From NCBI RefSeq assembly GCF_009834535.1, contig NC_045698.1:15316001-15380000 (forward strand): DNA of 64,000 nt, given 5' to 3'. Numbering within the stretch: position 1 is the stretch's first letter; each line of letters opens with the position of its first letter. The translations under genes were made by a program, and so were the position numbers. Source of the stretch: Camelus ferus. Its lineage: Eukaryota. Shown piece by piece: positions 13,620 to 26,903 of the stretch. The notes beneath the pieces were generated by a model. That model had not been told where the DNA came from. It ran no database searches and worked only from the letters and a program-made list of their open reading frames with translations.

Positions 13620-14165
13620 TACATCAGTGTCATCCTTTCAAGTCCGTACCCAAACCTCCCGTGACTTCCCCCTCGGATTTAATGTAAAGTCCTTTGAATC
13701 AGAGAATACAGAGCTCAAAATAATCAGACTCCCCACTCCTAATTCCCTGAACTAACCTCCTGCCATGTCTCCTCCGCATGAGCCATTTTGGCCAACTGTC
13801 TTTCCAAATAAGTGCAGCTCACTCCCATCTCTGAGCATTTGCACGTCCCCCTGCCTGGAACACTGTTCTTCATCCGCCACATCGGAGTGAGCGCACTCCT
13901 TCCTCCTTGTGCTTTCACTATCCTTGACTACAGTTGGGAATTTCGCAAACCCCTCCTCACTTTTTTTCCCCCTGTAACACGAACTATCTCCTAATAGGTT
14001 GTACAGCTAACTTGTTTCACGTTTTGTGTTTCTTCTTTCTACTGGAAACCAAGCACGCTGGAAGTAGCAATTGTTTTTACATGTTATCTGTACTGAATTT
14101 GAGTTTCCCCAAAGCCTGGAACAGGGCTCAGCACAGAGACAGTCAGTAAGTCTTATTTAATGCAT
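13620..14165 (+). mobile_element. L2 LINE 3' part
   Basis: 'ctctgagcatttgcacgtccccctgcctggaacactgttc' and terminal 'gcctggaacagggctcagcacagagacagtcagtaagt'. Confidence 0.7.
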
Positions 14166-15809
14166 TTCTAGGGTTTTAAAATTAAACAGTATTTTTTTTG
14201 CCATCTTTTGTCTGGATTATCAAACCATCTCCTAATTGGCTGTCCTATCTCCATATTTATTCCAACACATTCTTAATAAAATAAATGTTTATATAGTAAA
14301 ATGTTTACTCAACAACTGTTGACATATGGAGAAGTGGAGACTAACAGAATCCTTAGGAAGTTCCTCTGAGAAACGGGATGTATTGGGGAAAATTGTTCTT
14401 AAGGAAATGATACAGCTGCCGTGCTTTCCATGAAGATGGCGCTGCCCAAAATGAGATTCAGTCTGTGTGTAAGCCAGATCTATATAAAGACAGAGAAAGT
14501 ACTTTAAGGGTATAGGTTTTGTTCTAAAATTTATTTTGTTTATGCACTTAAAAAGGAGAGTGGTAAAGAGGTACTGAAATTTTATTGCAAAATCATCCCT
14601 ATTACTAGAAAAGCCATTAAGATATGTTATTTTTTGGAAAATAAATTAATAACATTATCTCTAGAAATCAGAATAATATCTTTTCATTGTATGAATACTT
14701 TCTCTAACAATTTTCTACCAACACGGCAGTTCCAAAGCACTAAACAAACAAATTTTTAAACAGTCAATAAGAGAGGAAAAAACAAATCAGAGTATCTAAA
14801 TGGAATAAAGTGCCTTTCAAAATCATAAAGCACTGGGTGGTAAAGGCTGAGAGTACCCTGAGGTGATACAAATGTTTCTGGGTTGATTCAGTTGTTTTCA
14901 GGCAGTAGGGCATTTTCAAGTGGATGACGACTTCTGTCATAAAATGAAATTCTAAAAATGGCTTTAGCAATGTGAATTGAAGATTGGTTAAAAATATTGA
15001 ATGATGATGATAATGAATTCAGTATTATTTTAGAACCAGGATGCTTGTCCCTGGGATGGGTTATGACATGCATCAGTCAGTAGAGAAATACAAGCAGTTA
15101 TTTTCTGTACAACAAATCGAAGAGTTGGTAGTTTAAAGATGAAAACACCAAACATGGAACATTACATCCTATTAGGTTGTGTATAATTATAGATTAGGAA
15201 ACTAAGGAAGGTTTACACAATTTGATAATCTAATAAATCTACTTCTATGAGTAAAGAAACATCTATAGGTGTCATGTCTCTAGCTCTCTGTCTTTGGTAG
15301 GAAGTTATAATAATTTGAATACCACCTCTGGCCATTCTGGCCATAAAGCCCTTGAACACAGAAACTGTCTCCTTTCTCGTGCATTCTCAGCTCATGCCTA
15401 TAAGAGGAAGTCCACAAAGTTCCTTTTGACTTGAGTTAACTGTTAAACAACACTTTGTTAATATTCAATAAGGCAGATATTATTAAACTTTTTAAAATTA
15501 GATACACAGCGTTGAGAAAAGTTTAATGAATATTTTTAGCACTTTATTTTGCCATAGGTATATACACTTTTCATAAACATAAATTAGGATGTGTGTTATT
15601 TTTTAAAATTTACTTTGGTTAAGTATGTGTTTGGTTCACTGGTTTCTGCAAGACATCCTTCAACTAATCACAAATTATTTGTACGTGTCTCCATGTAATG
15701 TAACACACACATGTTGAGTACCCACCATGTGCCAGACACTAAATTATATATGAGATGCAATCAGTAGCACTCTTATTTTTAAAATTAATTAGAGCTAATA
15801 CATAGTATC

Positions 15810-15885
15810 TATACAAGGATAATTGTGAGTTCGTTTCCAGACCATTGCAATGAAGTGAGTCACATCATTTTTTTTTTCAGTTTGA
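15810..15885 (-). mobile_element. Tigger1 terminal fragment
   Basis: 'gataattgtgagttcgtttccagaccattgcaatgaagtgagtcaca' matches the Tigger1 3' subterminal sequence. Confidence 0.65.
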
Positions 15886-16391
15886 TAAGAAACAATATAT
15901 ATTCTTTTTCTGACACCACAGCTCTGGTGAGTGGTTTTGTACCAAATTTAATGGAGGTTGCACAGACTGGAGGGTTGTGGGGGAGGAAAGGGAAGGAACC
16001 ACGAAATTAGAAACAGAACCAAAATCCTAGGTAGACTTTAGCATATGTCCCACTTCCATATTAATACAATTCATTTGAGAATCCCTAATAAAAGGAGAAC
16101 AGAAAACAAGGTGGGCAGGGAAGCGTAGGTTGGGAGAGAAAAGACAAGAAGACAGGGAGCATCCCAAAGGCCGCCCTTTCCTTCCCCGGAGGAGCCAGGA
16201 GTGCCTACGCTCAGTGCCATGGACGGTGGAGCTTCGTTAGATTTACTTCCCCAAAGTAATACCGTGGTTTGCAGCTGCCAAAGGGAAAAAGAGAGGAGGG
16301 AAGCAGGGAGGTCACCAGTGGGGGTCACACCAGGAGGAGACTCACTTAACCAAGAAGATGGGGAAGAAGGAGTGGAGGGAAACAAGGCAGA

Positions 16392-16897
16392 CAGACAGAC
16401 CTCGTTTTACTCTGCTGCCCTTCATTGCATTTCATAGATATTCTGCTTTTTTTTCAATTAAAGATTCATGCCCACTCTGCGTATTGTCAGTCCATCAGTG
16501 CCGTTTCTCCAAGAGCATTTGCACACTTCATGCTCCTGTCTCACATTTTGCTAATTCTCCCCATATTTTAAACTTTTCCATTATTATTATATTTGCCATG
16601 GTGACCTGTGATCTTTGATGATTCTATTGCAAAAAAGAGCACAACTCATTGAAGGCTCAGATGATGGTGAGCAGTTTTTTTTTTTTTTTTAGCAATGAAG
16701 CATATTCAAATTAAGGGTGTGTACATTGTTTTTAGATATAATGCTATTGCACACTCAGTAACACAAAATATAGTAGAAACAGAATTTCATGTGCACTGGG
16801 AAACCAAGAAAATTGGCAGGACTCACTTTATTGCAATATTCACTTTACTGCAGTGGTCTGGAAACGAACCCACACTTATCTCTGAGGTGCACCTTTA
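16392..16897 (+). mobile_element. Tigger1-derived non-autonomous element (~500 bp, both ends present)
   Basis: 5' 'cagacagacctcgttttac' and 3' 'gtggtctggaaacgaacccacacttatctctgaggtgcacct' match the Tigger1 termini; transposase region deleted. Confidence 0.92.
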
Positions 16898-18481
16898 CAA
16901 GTAAATGTTCACAGGAATTAACAGACATGATAAAGAGATTGTCAGGCTTAACCATGCAGGGCATTTATGCACTACGTGAACTCTGAAAGTAAAAAGGAAA
17001 TTGTACGTGTGTGTATTAGTATAGTGACAATACACGCCTTTAATCTAGAAATAAATGATTGAAGTATTACTTGATAACTTTTAAATCATGTCTAACATTG
17101 TTGGATAACATACTACATATGTCTTCATATCTTCACTTAAAAGAGCTCTCCCTTAGAGAGATAATGAAATGCCTGTATTTCTTCCACGAATAACCTCAGA
17201 GGTTACAATGGCAACCAAAATGTGTCTGGGAACAGTTTCAGGTATTGTAAGTATAATTTAAAGAGTGCTCAGGACTGCTTTTGCAAGAATGACACAACCC
17301 TAAACCAGGTACTAGAAGAAATGACAACTTACATGATGTGAGACTTCAGGTTTTTGCTTTGTCCTTCTGTCTCTCAATGTCTTTCCCTTCCTGTACTCCT
17401 TTATTACCCAGAAGTGACACCAACACACATTATGCCGATGTGAATGGAAGGACATAAGACAACTCTTCTTTTTAGCTCTGCACACTCCATTCTAGCAGGG
17501 AATGTTGTTCTAATTTTTTTCACTCTCATCCCATCTACTATTTCTTTAAGCCCGCTCCTGAAATCTAGACTTGGTACACTTCTGTGTGGAGAGACGGCCT
17601 GAAGACAGCCTGACCTTCTTGTTTTTCAGAAACCCTGGATAGAGTTGAGGGGCTTGTGTTGGATGAGGGTCCTGGTATAACCACGGGGGACTCCTTGGCC
17701 TCATTATTTTAGACTTAAATGATGAAAACAGGGCCAAACAGTAGAACAGAGATAATTGCTTTTAAGATTTTCATGACACTGTATTTAAATTAAAACTGTT
17801 AAACCCCAAGGATAAACATTCTTATTTCTCACTCTTATTAAATTTGCTTAGAGCAGTGAAGCCTAGTCACGCACCATCTTACCAGAGCAACTTGTACATT
17901 CCAGCAAAGCGTGTTCTTTGCTCTCACTGCCTGGACCTTTTCCCAAGTTGCATAAGAATTTGATACTGCTGTTAAGTACATGTGAAACCATAAATTCTGC
18001 TGCCCTACAAACATTCTGGGTCTTGGGATCCTCTACCTCTCTCCAAAACAATGCTATTCCTAGAATGCTTCATGCTTAAGTTCAGTTTTTTATTCAGCTG
18101 TCTACTCCTTCAAATCAACTATCACTTTCCCATGTCTGTGTAGTTCCCTTTGGTGTTGACAGTCCATTGGAATCTGCTTCTGCCATACTGACCTCCTTAC
18201 TGTTTATTCAACATGGCAAGTATCACCCTCCCTCATGGTCTTCATCCTTGCTACCTTCTCCTGAAAGGCTCTTCTCTGGTTACTTGCATGGAAACTGATC
18301 ACCTCCCTTTTCTAGAGCCTGGGAGCACATGGGTGCAGAGGCAGTACTATGAGACTGCCAAGTGCACATCTGAGGGAGCCCTGCACATAGAAGTCACAAT
18401 AACCGTCCTTCCCTAGAGTGCTAGTGAGCTCCCCCAGGAGTGACTGCCCTTGGAGAGTATCAGCTTGTTCCGTGTGGGCTC

Positions 18482-18849
18482 TGTCTCAGTCTGTTTGGGC
18501 TCCTATAACAGAACACCATAGACTGCATGCCTTACACACAATAGAAATGTATTTCTCACAGCTTCAGAAGCTAGAAATCTGAGATTAGGGTGTCATCATG
18601 GTCAGATTTTGGTAAAAACTCTCTTCTAGGTCATAGACTGTAACCTTTAGTTGACTCTTGAGCATGAAGGTAACAAGAGGAGAGCGCTCTCTGGGGTTCC
18701 TTCTCTAAGGGCACTAATCTCATTCAGGAGGGCTCCACCCTCATGGCCTAATTACTTCAGAAAGGCCTCACTTACTCATATCACTACATTAGGGGTTTGG
18801 ATTTTAACATATAAATTTTTAGAGGAACTCAAATATTCGGTCTATCACG
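18482..18849 (-). mobile_element. MLT1A/A0 MaLR solo LTR
   Basis: 'tgtctcagtctgtttgggctcctataacagaacaccatagactg' and 'aagggcactaatctcattcaggagggctccaccctcatg'. Confidence 0.9.
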
Positions 18850-19499
18850 TTTCCTCTTTTTAGAGTCCCAGGATGCTCAGGAGGAAGCAGTAGATGAAGA
18901 AAGTAATCACATAAGACATGAATTTATCACATTACATAGATATCAGAGGAAAGGGTGAAAACATTTGAGAAAGGAGATGTGGATGGGTGAGTCCTATAAA
19001 TACTTTGACCATAAGTTTAGTGAGAGTTTTCATTACCTTAAATATGGTCATAAAGAATGCCTGGGGAAATAAAGTCTATGATAACATTAGATTCTAAAGA
19101 GTTACTTGTAAGATTCTAGATGGAGCAGAAATGTAATGGGTTTAGCTTTTTTTTTTTTCTTCCTGGCAAAATTATCAGTCTTTAGGCTTTCCAAAAATTC
19201 CAAGGAAGAAGCTATTTCTCCTGGAACAGTCATACCAGAATGGAATTAATGGGAGTTTAGGTTGTCTGAGAGATTTCCATCTTCACAGGGTCCAGTGGTT
19301 TTCAGTTCTCTTGGTGGGTAAGAATCACCTGAACACTATCTAAATTGTTCATGAATAGGCCTAACACAGAATTACTGAATCAGCATCCCCATTATTCCAT
19401 CAAAATGATACCACCTTTGTTTGCACATACAAATCTAGGTTTTGGAAGTGTGATGTTTTCAGCGTGGGAAAGGATTTCAATTAATGGAACCATAGGATA

Positions 19500-19852
19500 T
19501 GAAAAATCTCACACTTGTACTCTCAGAAGACTGGAACTTAAGAGCTGAGAGATGGCTTTCTCATAAATGCCTGATCTATAGATGACTGAGATTCGTCTCC
19601 GAACCAAAGGACATCCGCCAAAAATCTCTTGGCATCTTCAAGCCAATGAACCTCTTGCTTGAACTCTGGCTGGACCTCCCCATCTTTCCCTCCTTGCTCA
19701 TAAATACAGCCTACCCCAAACCCTCAACTGATTCAAATGTAGCTGGCAACAGTGTATGCTTTGTGAATTGCAAATCCCTCTGTTATTTCGAAATAAGTTT
19801 GATTTCTGGTCATTTAAGCTTGCCTCAACTTACCTCCTTATTTGAATTGACA
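19500..19852 (+). mobile_element. Probable ERV1-class solo LTR, family unassigned
   Basis: Order CCAAT (~19643), TATA-like cataaata (~19699), 'gaattgcaaatccctctg', degenerate poly(A) signal aaataag, terminal 'ttgaca'; 5' boundary uncertain. Confidence 0.5.
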
Positions 19853-20009
19853 AATGCTTTATCCCACTTAAAGTATTTATTTATACTTCCAAATATTGCT
19901 TTCTAGGCAATCTGATGAAGTATCAAAACCTTTAGCCTAGTAGTTAAACATTTTCACAAGTAAATCTCTTGTAAGCTGCTTCATGAAATGACTACGATAT
20001 TGCAATAGT

Positions 20010-20195
20010 AATTAACTATGTGCCAGGCACTATTCTAATTTTATAGTTTAATTTAATTGTCATAATAATAGCTCCACAAGGTAAGCACTATTGTCATCAC
20101 TGTGCAAAGGAGAAAACTGAAGTTAAATAACCTGCTCAATGCCATCATTATGATCAGAGTGAAGACTGGAATCTAGGCCACTTGAGTCAAGTCTG
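20010..20195 (-). mobile_element. MIR SINE
   Basis: 'actatgtgccaggcactattcta' and 'ggagaaaactgaagttaaataacctgctcaa' match the MIR core. Confidence 0.8.
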
Positions 20196-20279
20196 AATTG
20201 TTATCTGCATTAAGATGCCTCCCACCTTAGGTTGTTTGACTCTGAATGCTTATTTGTTCGGGTGCACTCCATTTAACAT

Positions 20280-20790
20280 GCACTCCTTGCCCATTTCATC
20301 CCCTATTCATGCATGTCTGTCCTTAAAGACCAACTTCAGGAATCTTTCTAAAGTCTGATCCTGTTACTTTTGCCCACAGTATTCGCCTTCCTCAGTAACG
20401 TTTTACTTCCTGCCTATAATAGCCTCTTGTGATAACTCTAATGCTGTCTTTTATTATCATGCAATTACAGTGGGCCATTGGTGTCCACTGTTTCACATGC
20501 AGGAATTCAACCTAAGGAGGGTCCTATGCTATGCTTAGGCTCAGCGAGGGTTGAATCTGCCCATTTGGAATCCCAGCAGGGCCAACAATGGGACTTGAGA
20601 ATCCATGGATTGTAGTATCCGGAGCAGGTCCTGGAATCAACCCACTTCAGCCATGATACAGAAAGATGACTGTGTGCTTCTTGCGTCTCTTACTGTCACA
20701 TAAGGATAGAATGTACGTTATATCACCAAAGTGCCAAGCACAGAGTTTTAGACATAAGGGGTCTTCAATAAAAAATGTTATGAATGCATG
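20280..20790 (+). mobile_element. L2 LINE 3' end interrupted by a Tigger-type MITE
   Basis: Terminal 'gtgccaagcacagagttttagacataagggggtcttcaataaaaaatgttatgaatgcatgaa' resembles the L2 tail. Confidence 0.6.
20468..20672 (+). mobile_element. MER2/Tigger2-3-type MITE
   Basis: TA+cagt at the left end; 'gggacttgagaatccatggattgtagtatccggagcaggtcctggaatcaa...gatgactg' matches the MER2/Tigger3 terminus. Confidence 0.75.
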
Positions 20791-21288
20791 AATTCACATG
20801 GATTAAAACAGGTTATAAAATCTACACAAAATATTTGAACACTATACTCTGTCTCTTGTTGTAAATAGAAAATAAATAACTAGATAAAGTATATAAAAGC
20901 CTTAATATACATTTGAGAATTCAGCGCTGTTCTCTACCAAAGATTTACAAAGATAATTACCAAAAAACACTATTTTCTAATGCTGGATTGATTTAGGAAT
21001 CATAAATGTCAGCCCGTTATTTTGGAGAGCAACAAATAATCACACATTTACAGACAGTAACTTTCAATTGACACTGATTATTTTCCTTCCTGATGTACTA
21101 TGAATATTGAATTTTTCTGAGGAACCCCACCTGCTACTCTCCTGAGAATGGTCGATGGAAATTCACAAATAAAGTGTCTTATTTAATATTGTTAGAATTT
21201 CGTTACAAATGTATATCAATAAATTTTTTAAACAATATATTCTTGATCAAAAGAACAGCAGTGAACAATTTAAAAGGGCTTACTTATA

Positions 21289-21730
21289 CAGGCATACTTC
21301 AGTGATACTGCAGATTCGGTTTCAGACCATGGCTTTAAAGTGAGTATTGCAGTAAACTGAGTCAAGTGGATTTTTTGGTTTCCCAGTGCTTATAAAAGTT
21401 GTGTTTGCTCTGTACTGTGGTCTATTAAGTATGCAATAGCATTATGTCTAAAACATAATGTGTATACCCTTAATTTAAAAATACTTGATTGCTAAAAAAT
21501 ATTAACCATCATCTGAGTCTTCAGTGAACTGTAATCGTTCTGCAGTAGTAGCGTCAAAGGTCACTGGTCACACATCATCATAATAAATATGATAATAATG
21601 GAAAAGTTTGAAATATTTTGAGAATTACCAAAATTTGACACACAGACATGAAGTGAGCAAATGCAGTTGGCCAAATGGCACTGATAGACTTTCTAAATGC
21701 AGGGCTGCCACAAACCTTCAATCTGTTTTT
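21289..21730 (-). mobile_element. Tigger1-derived non-autonomous element (one end truncated)
   Basis: TA followed by TIR 'caggcatac', 'ttttttggtttcccagtgc', 'gcaatagcattatgtctaaaa', 'gggctgccacaaaccttcaat'. Confidence 0.92.
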
Positions 21731-22892
21731 AACATTTACATTCAATTGCCTTCCATAATCATTTTTTATTACACATTCTATTTTTAGCTTATAGTTTTCT
21801 TATACTCATTCTGCAAATTTCCTGTCCTCTTTCCCCTTAAATAATTACTAGGCCTTTCATATTTTTTTTTCTTTTGCTCCCCGTGGAATTTCTTTCATTA
21901 AAACTACTGGATTGACATTGTGAGTGAGACATACTTCTAATTTTTCCTCCCTGTGCCCAGCAGTCTGAGACTATTCAAATTGTGATAACACCAGTTGCAC
22001 CGAAAGAGATACATTTGGGCCTAATTAACTTTTGTTCATTAAAAATGACCTTGTTACAGTGAAGCGGGCATTAGGCGGTCTCAGCCCTCCCAGAGAGGCA
22101 TTTAGAAATACAGCAAAAGAGGAAAGGATCTTTCAGACGCCTCTGAGTCTTCCAGTCACATGACTTAGATAACACTAGCTGCTGGTGGTGGTATTAACAT
22201 CATCATCTCTAGTAAGATGATTCATTTGCCCAATGATGCAAGTAGCTGCTTTCCCCCAGTGAGCACTTTAATATTAGCAGAGGTAGTCACTATCCTGTGA
22301 TGTCAATGTCTTTACTCCTTCTTGTGACAAATGCGTGCATGGACAGGATATGTGGAAATCACAAATGTCCATGATAATATGATATACTGAATGATACTAT
22401 ATTGAGTTACAGTATGTTCTCCTTTCTAAAGAGAAAGAAAAATTTTGCAGGTAATAAATTAATTGTGTTAATTTGTTTTCTTATGTTTCCATAGGTCAAA
22501 TATATCAGCTGTTTTAAGTTTTTTGTTTTACTTATATTGTAACTCTATCAAGAGAAGTATGGCTATAGCAGGATTGGTAAAATCTATTCAAAATACTTTA
22601 ACTCATCGCAAATTAGAGCTCTGTTAATCTATAAAAGGTTACTTTACAAAGACAATGTGTATTCCTTGCAGACTCTTCTCAATAGTGCAAATTAGAAATA
22701 TCAATGTAAAAGGTAGAATAAGAATGCATATCTTCCGCAGTACTGTGGATTTGAATTTAAATTTCAAGGTGATATTTGCTGATATGGATGAATAAAGTTA
22801 TAGGTAAAATAATTCCAATTAAGAGGAAGATTTTCTCACTATAGTGGAAGAAATATGCTGTGTAACTGAGTGGGTCTCACAAATGATTATAA

Positions 22893-23160
22893 TAATTTGC
22901 TTGGTCACCTTGGGTAAATCATTCTACTTCGCTGGGTCTCAGTTCCCATCTTCATTTAAAAAAAGGAATTAAACTAGAATCAATGTTCTTAAACTTGAAT
23001 GCATGTTAAAATAAACCTGGGAGCTTTTTTAAAAAAAAATTCATGCCCAAGTTCAATGACCAGAATTTGTCTGGGGTGGGTTTGGGCATCAGTATACTTT
23101 AAAGTCCCCAGAAATTTGATAAAACTAGATTAGATGATCTTTAATGTTTCTCGTAGTTCA
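22893..23160 (+). mobile_element. MIR (MIRc/MIR3-like) interrupted by a MER5-type hAT MITE at ~22980-23120
   Basis: MIR core 'gtcaccttgggtaaatcattctacttcgctgggtctcagttccc' and tail 'tagatgatctttaatg'; insert 'ttcttaaacttgaatgcatg...tctggggtgggtttgggcatcagtat'. Confidence 0.7.
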
Positions 23161-24002
23161 AAGAAGTCTTAAAAGAGACTAATAAACTAGATGTTGATAT
23201 GACAAAGCCTTTAGAAACCAGTGAAACTAAAACACACCCTTCTGGAAAACTAGAAATGCATGTGCTATAGAAAATGATAATTTCTATTCATTTCTTACTA
23301 TTATGCACCACTGCCTGTGAGCATCAGCATGTGTTTCTAGGAATAGATTCTGCCTGGAGTTTTTAATGACTGAAGCATCCCACACTTGCCATTCATCAGA
23401 AACACATGCCCTGTGGGTTATCACTGTACAGTCTGCCTTCTTCTGAGAAGTAATAGCAATTCACTAAAGCTGTACACTGAGTGCTACAGAATATAAGCTT
23501 ATTGCTCCAATTACTCTTCAATTCTTGGAAGGGAACAAGTGAGAATAAAATCTAGCCTTAGTTTCTGTTACAAAGACATTTCTCTTCCAAACAAAGTTAT
23601 ATAGTTTAGAAAATGAAGCCAAGAATTTAAAAGAATCTACAAGATTCAGCTTTTTCCAATGCATGTATTTAGCTATAAAGAATAGAGCAATACTAAATTT
23701 AATATGGTTGTAACTCAATAAAGTATAGAGTTAAAATAAGGAAAACAATCTTCTTGACAAGTGTGAAAGAATTCAACACATCTTCTTTATAAGTTTTAGC
23801 TAAGCCTTCCATAAGTATCAATATTTTTCTTATTTAGAGGGCAAGAGGTAATTTAAATATATTATATGTGATAAGATGATCAATGTTATGTTCTGATAAT
23901 TATATATGTTTATATAGTATATAAAATCAAGTTATTTTTCTAATTTTAATAAATGGACTTGTTACCCATTATAAATTATAATCTATTTATATATTAATAA
24001 TT

Positions 24003-24335
24003 TGTCAATCAGCTATTACTGAAAACAGCCTGAACTCCAAGTGGCTCCTACAAATAATTTATTTCTCATTCATATATGTGTGGGTCAACTCTGGATCTGC
24101 TGAGCTCAACTCAGAGCAGCAGCTTGACTCTAAGCTGTGGGTTGGGTTCAAGTCTACTCCATATGTATCTACATTCTGGGATCATGATTACCTGGGGTAT
24201 GTTTTCTCATGGCAGACGATTGAGTGCAAAAGAGTGGGCTGAGACTTAATGACTCTCAAGGTCTCATCTTGGAACCAGCATGATGTTACATCCATCCAGA
24301 TCTTCTTAGCCATAGCTGGTCTTATGACAAAGGGT
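24003..24335 (-). mobile_element. MLT1H/I/J-like MaLR LTR
   Basis: 'tgtcaatcagctattactg', 'gttgggttcaagtctactccatatgt', 'gttttctcatggcaga'. Confidence 0.75.
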
Positions 24336-24369
24336 AGATTAACAATTTGCAAATGATACTTTATTCTAC

Positions 24370-25245
24370 TCGATTAGTTTATTCACCCATTTAGTCAACT
24401 ATCCATTCAATCGTACCATTAACAAATAGATGTGTACTGAGAGCTATGATATGGTTGGTACCATATAAAGCACTAAAGATACAATAGTGAGAAAAACAAT
24501 CATGGTATCTTTCTTCATAGAATCCAAAGCCAAGTGGACCAATGAATGGCACAAATCAAGCAACTGCACAAGCACATCTATAAATAAATAATTCAAAAAA
24601 ATAAAACTAAGGGAAAATACTAGGTTCTATATATTATGTGGTGTAATAATACTAGAATTCAAGAAATTATCATGCAGGAAACAATAAATGAACTGAGAAC
24701 TATGTATTATGCTATCTAGTCAAAAATGGGGCAGAGAGAAGAGTATTTGAGGCAAAAGAGTATGAGCAAATGTTTTGTAATGACAGACATCTTGTTTGTT
24801 TGAAGGAAATTTTAAAGAGAGATGAGAGAGATGAAAGAGAATGGCTTGGGCTAGAACTGTAATGAGAAGTGGGGTCTACTATTGTCAGCCTCATAGACCA
24901 TGGTAAAATTTTTCAATATTTACCTAAGAGCAACAGGAAGCTGCTAGGTGCTTCTGAGCAAAAAGTCTGATGTGAAATATTTCTATTTCTATTTCTATTT
25001 AAAACCACCACTTTGGATTCATTAAAGATATTAGAAGGAGACAAGAGTGGACACGGAGTTTGTTCCCCCAAGACACATTTTAACCAGTTCTAGTTTGATG
25101 CTATAGAGACAGATGCATTGGAGAGAGATTTTGAAGGTAAAACTCAAAGTACACAGTGAAAATTTAGTTGCAGAATACGAAGGAGAGTGAGGTTCAAGGC
25201 TCACTCCTACAACTCAGGTTTATGCAACTGAATACATGGTCCACT
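24370..25245 (-). mobile_element. L2 LINE 3' region
   Basis: (ttca/catt)-like tail, 'gcactaaagatacaatagtgagaaaaa', 'catagaccatggtaaaatttt', 'gagagattttgaaggtaaaactcaaag'. Confidence 0.78.
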
Positions 25246-26520
25246 CTTAGAAGACTGTTCTCTTGACTCATTTTTCTCTTTCTCTTCTCCAATTATTTTA
25301 GGTCTGTCACCACTTGTCTGTGAAACTGCATATTGTTATGTTACTGTGAGGTATTATTTGTGTATGCACATCAGAAATAAACTAAAATGTTGTTTGAGCA
25401 GAAACATAAATCCATCTTAAAATATGACATATGATCATTAAAGTAATTTCAAGGTAAGGAGCAAATCTTACCATAAATCAAAAACTTCTGCTACGATTCT
25501 TAAAGTAATCACATATATAATTAGCTAAAAATACTGCAAATGATAAAAAGAATCAATCTGTATGAATCATTTGATGCTGCTCATATTAAATTATAGTTGA
25601 ATCATGGCTATTTTTGAGGAAACATATGGACAGTCATTAATCCTCAATTTTATGTCACAATACTAGTTATAATGGAATAATGTTATTTTCCACTTCATGC
25701 TAGTCACTGCTGGAGCAAAGGATTACATATTTACTTCCTCACATACATCATTTCTCTTCCCTGAAATATACAACTATCCAAGTATATGGGGAAAAGCTAT
25801 TCATTATTTATTTGGATAGTTATCCACATCAGTCACTCTCCTAAAACTCTTTTCCCTCTGTCATTTTTAGAGCTAAAATAACTTATCTGAGAATAATTTA
25901 AACTTGATGGTATTATTATATTACAGAGAGGATAATTAGTAAATTATAACTATAATAATGACCTTGCTAATGTCTGTCATCAATCTGATGGTCTAGCAAT
26001 ACACATAAATTATTAGATTGGCAAAATTAATGTGTTATCTTGAGTCCAAATTTATTTTGCAGTATGAATTGAGTTTCTAATATATGTCATGGCTTGTGCT
26101 GGCCCTGGTCATACATTAGCCCCATCCTCAGGCCTGTAATATCCAACACATACAAAAGTGTAAATACTTTTCATGTGTGTCAGATAGATTTCATCCTTAA
26201 ATCCAAAAGATTAGGGTTACAAATATTGATTGATTCTACCCAGGACTATAGAGCTGAATTATGTCCTGTTGACTATTATTCTTTTATTTATGAGAATGTT
26301 TAAACAGTAAATCATAATTTGAGAATAATAAGTCAGATTTTAAAAAAAAGATGAGAGATTCTCTGAGCTAAGCAATAAAGAATGAAAACTTTGGAGGTAA
26401 ATTCAAAACCCAAAGAATGAGATTGAAATCTAACTAGACTGTGATACTAGTTTTGTGACTTCATAGATCTCTTCATTCCTCTAACCTTTATTTTAAAATA
26501 ATAATTGAGTCAAAGCTGAC

Positions 26521-26903
26521 TGTCAGCCGAGGGAGGCTGACATGGGGTTCTAGGAGGTGAGTGGCCCAAACGAAAAAATGCAGGAGGAGTTGCCATACCG
26601 CCAGACAGACTTCAGCGGGAGACACCACGGGGTTAACAACACTTTATTGCCACAGGGAGGTGAGCGCCTATGATGCACCTGTCCTGCTTTTATCTGTTTT
26701 CTGTCAGCACATGCACGGTCTGAGTTTCTTTGTTCATTAGGCTTACAGAATATCTGTAGCACATGTGTACTTCTATTTCCTTTGTTCTAAATCTTATATA
26801 ATTGACGCATATGTGGAGCAGTTATTTACTGCATACTACAAACATGCTCTGTAGTTGTGGCGTTGGGTCCCACGGCCTTAACTCATCTCAAGGCCGGCTC
26901 ACA
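26521..26903 (-). mobile_element. Young endogenous retrovirus solo LTR (383 bp), family unassigned
   Basis: TG...CA ends; imperfect terminal inverted repeat tgtcagccg / cggctcaca; perfect 5-bp TSD ctgac (26516-26520, 26904-26908); minus-strand TATA-like GATAAAAG (26686-26694) and AATAAA (26643-26648); 11 CpGs retained. Confidence 0.88.

Noticed and set aside
16210..16230. REST/RE1-like motif ctcagtgccatggacggtgga
   Set aside because: Mismatches at several core positions of TTCAGCACCnnGGACAG
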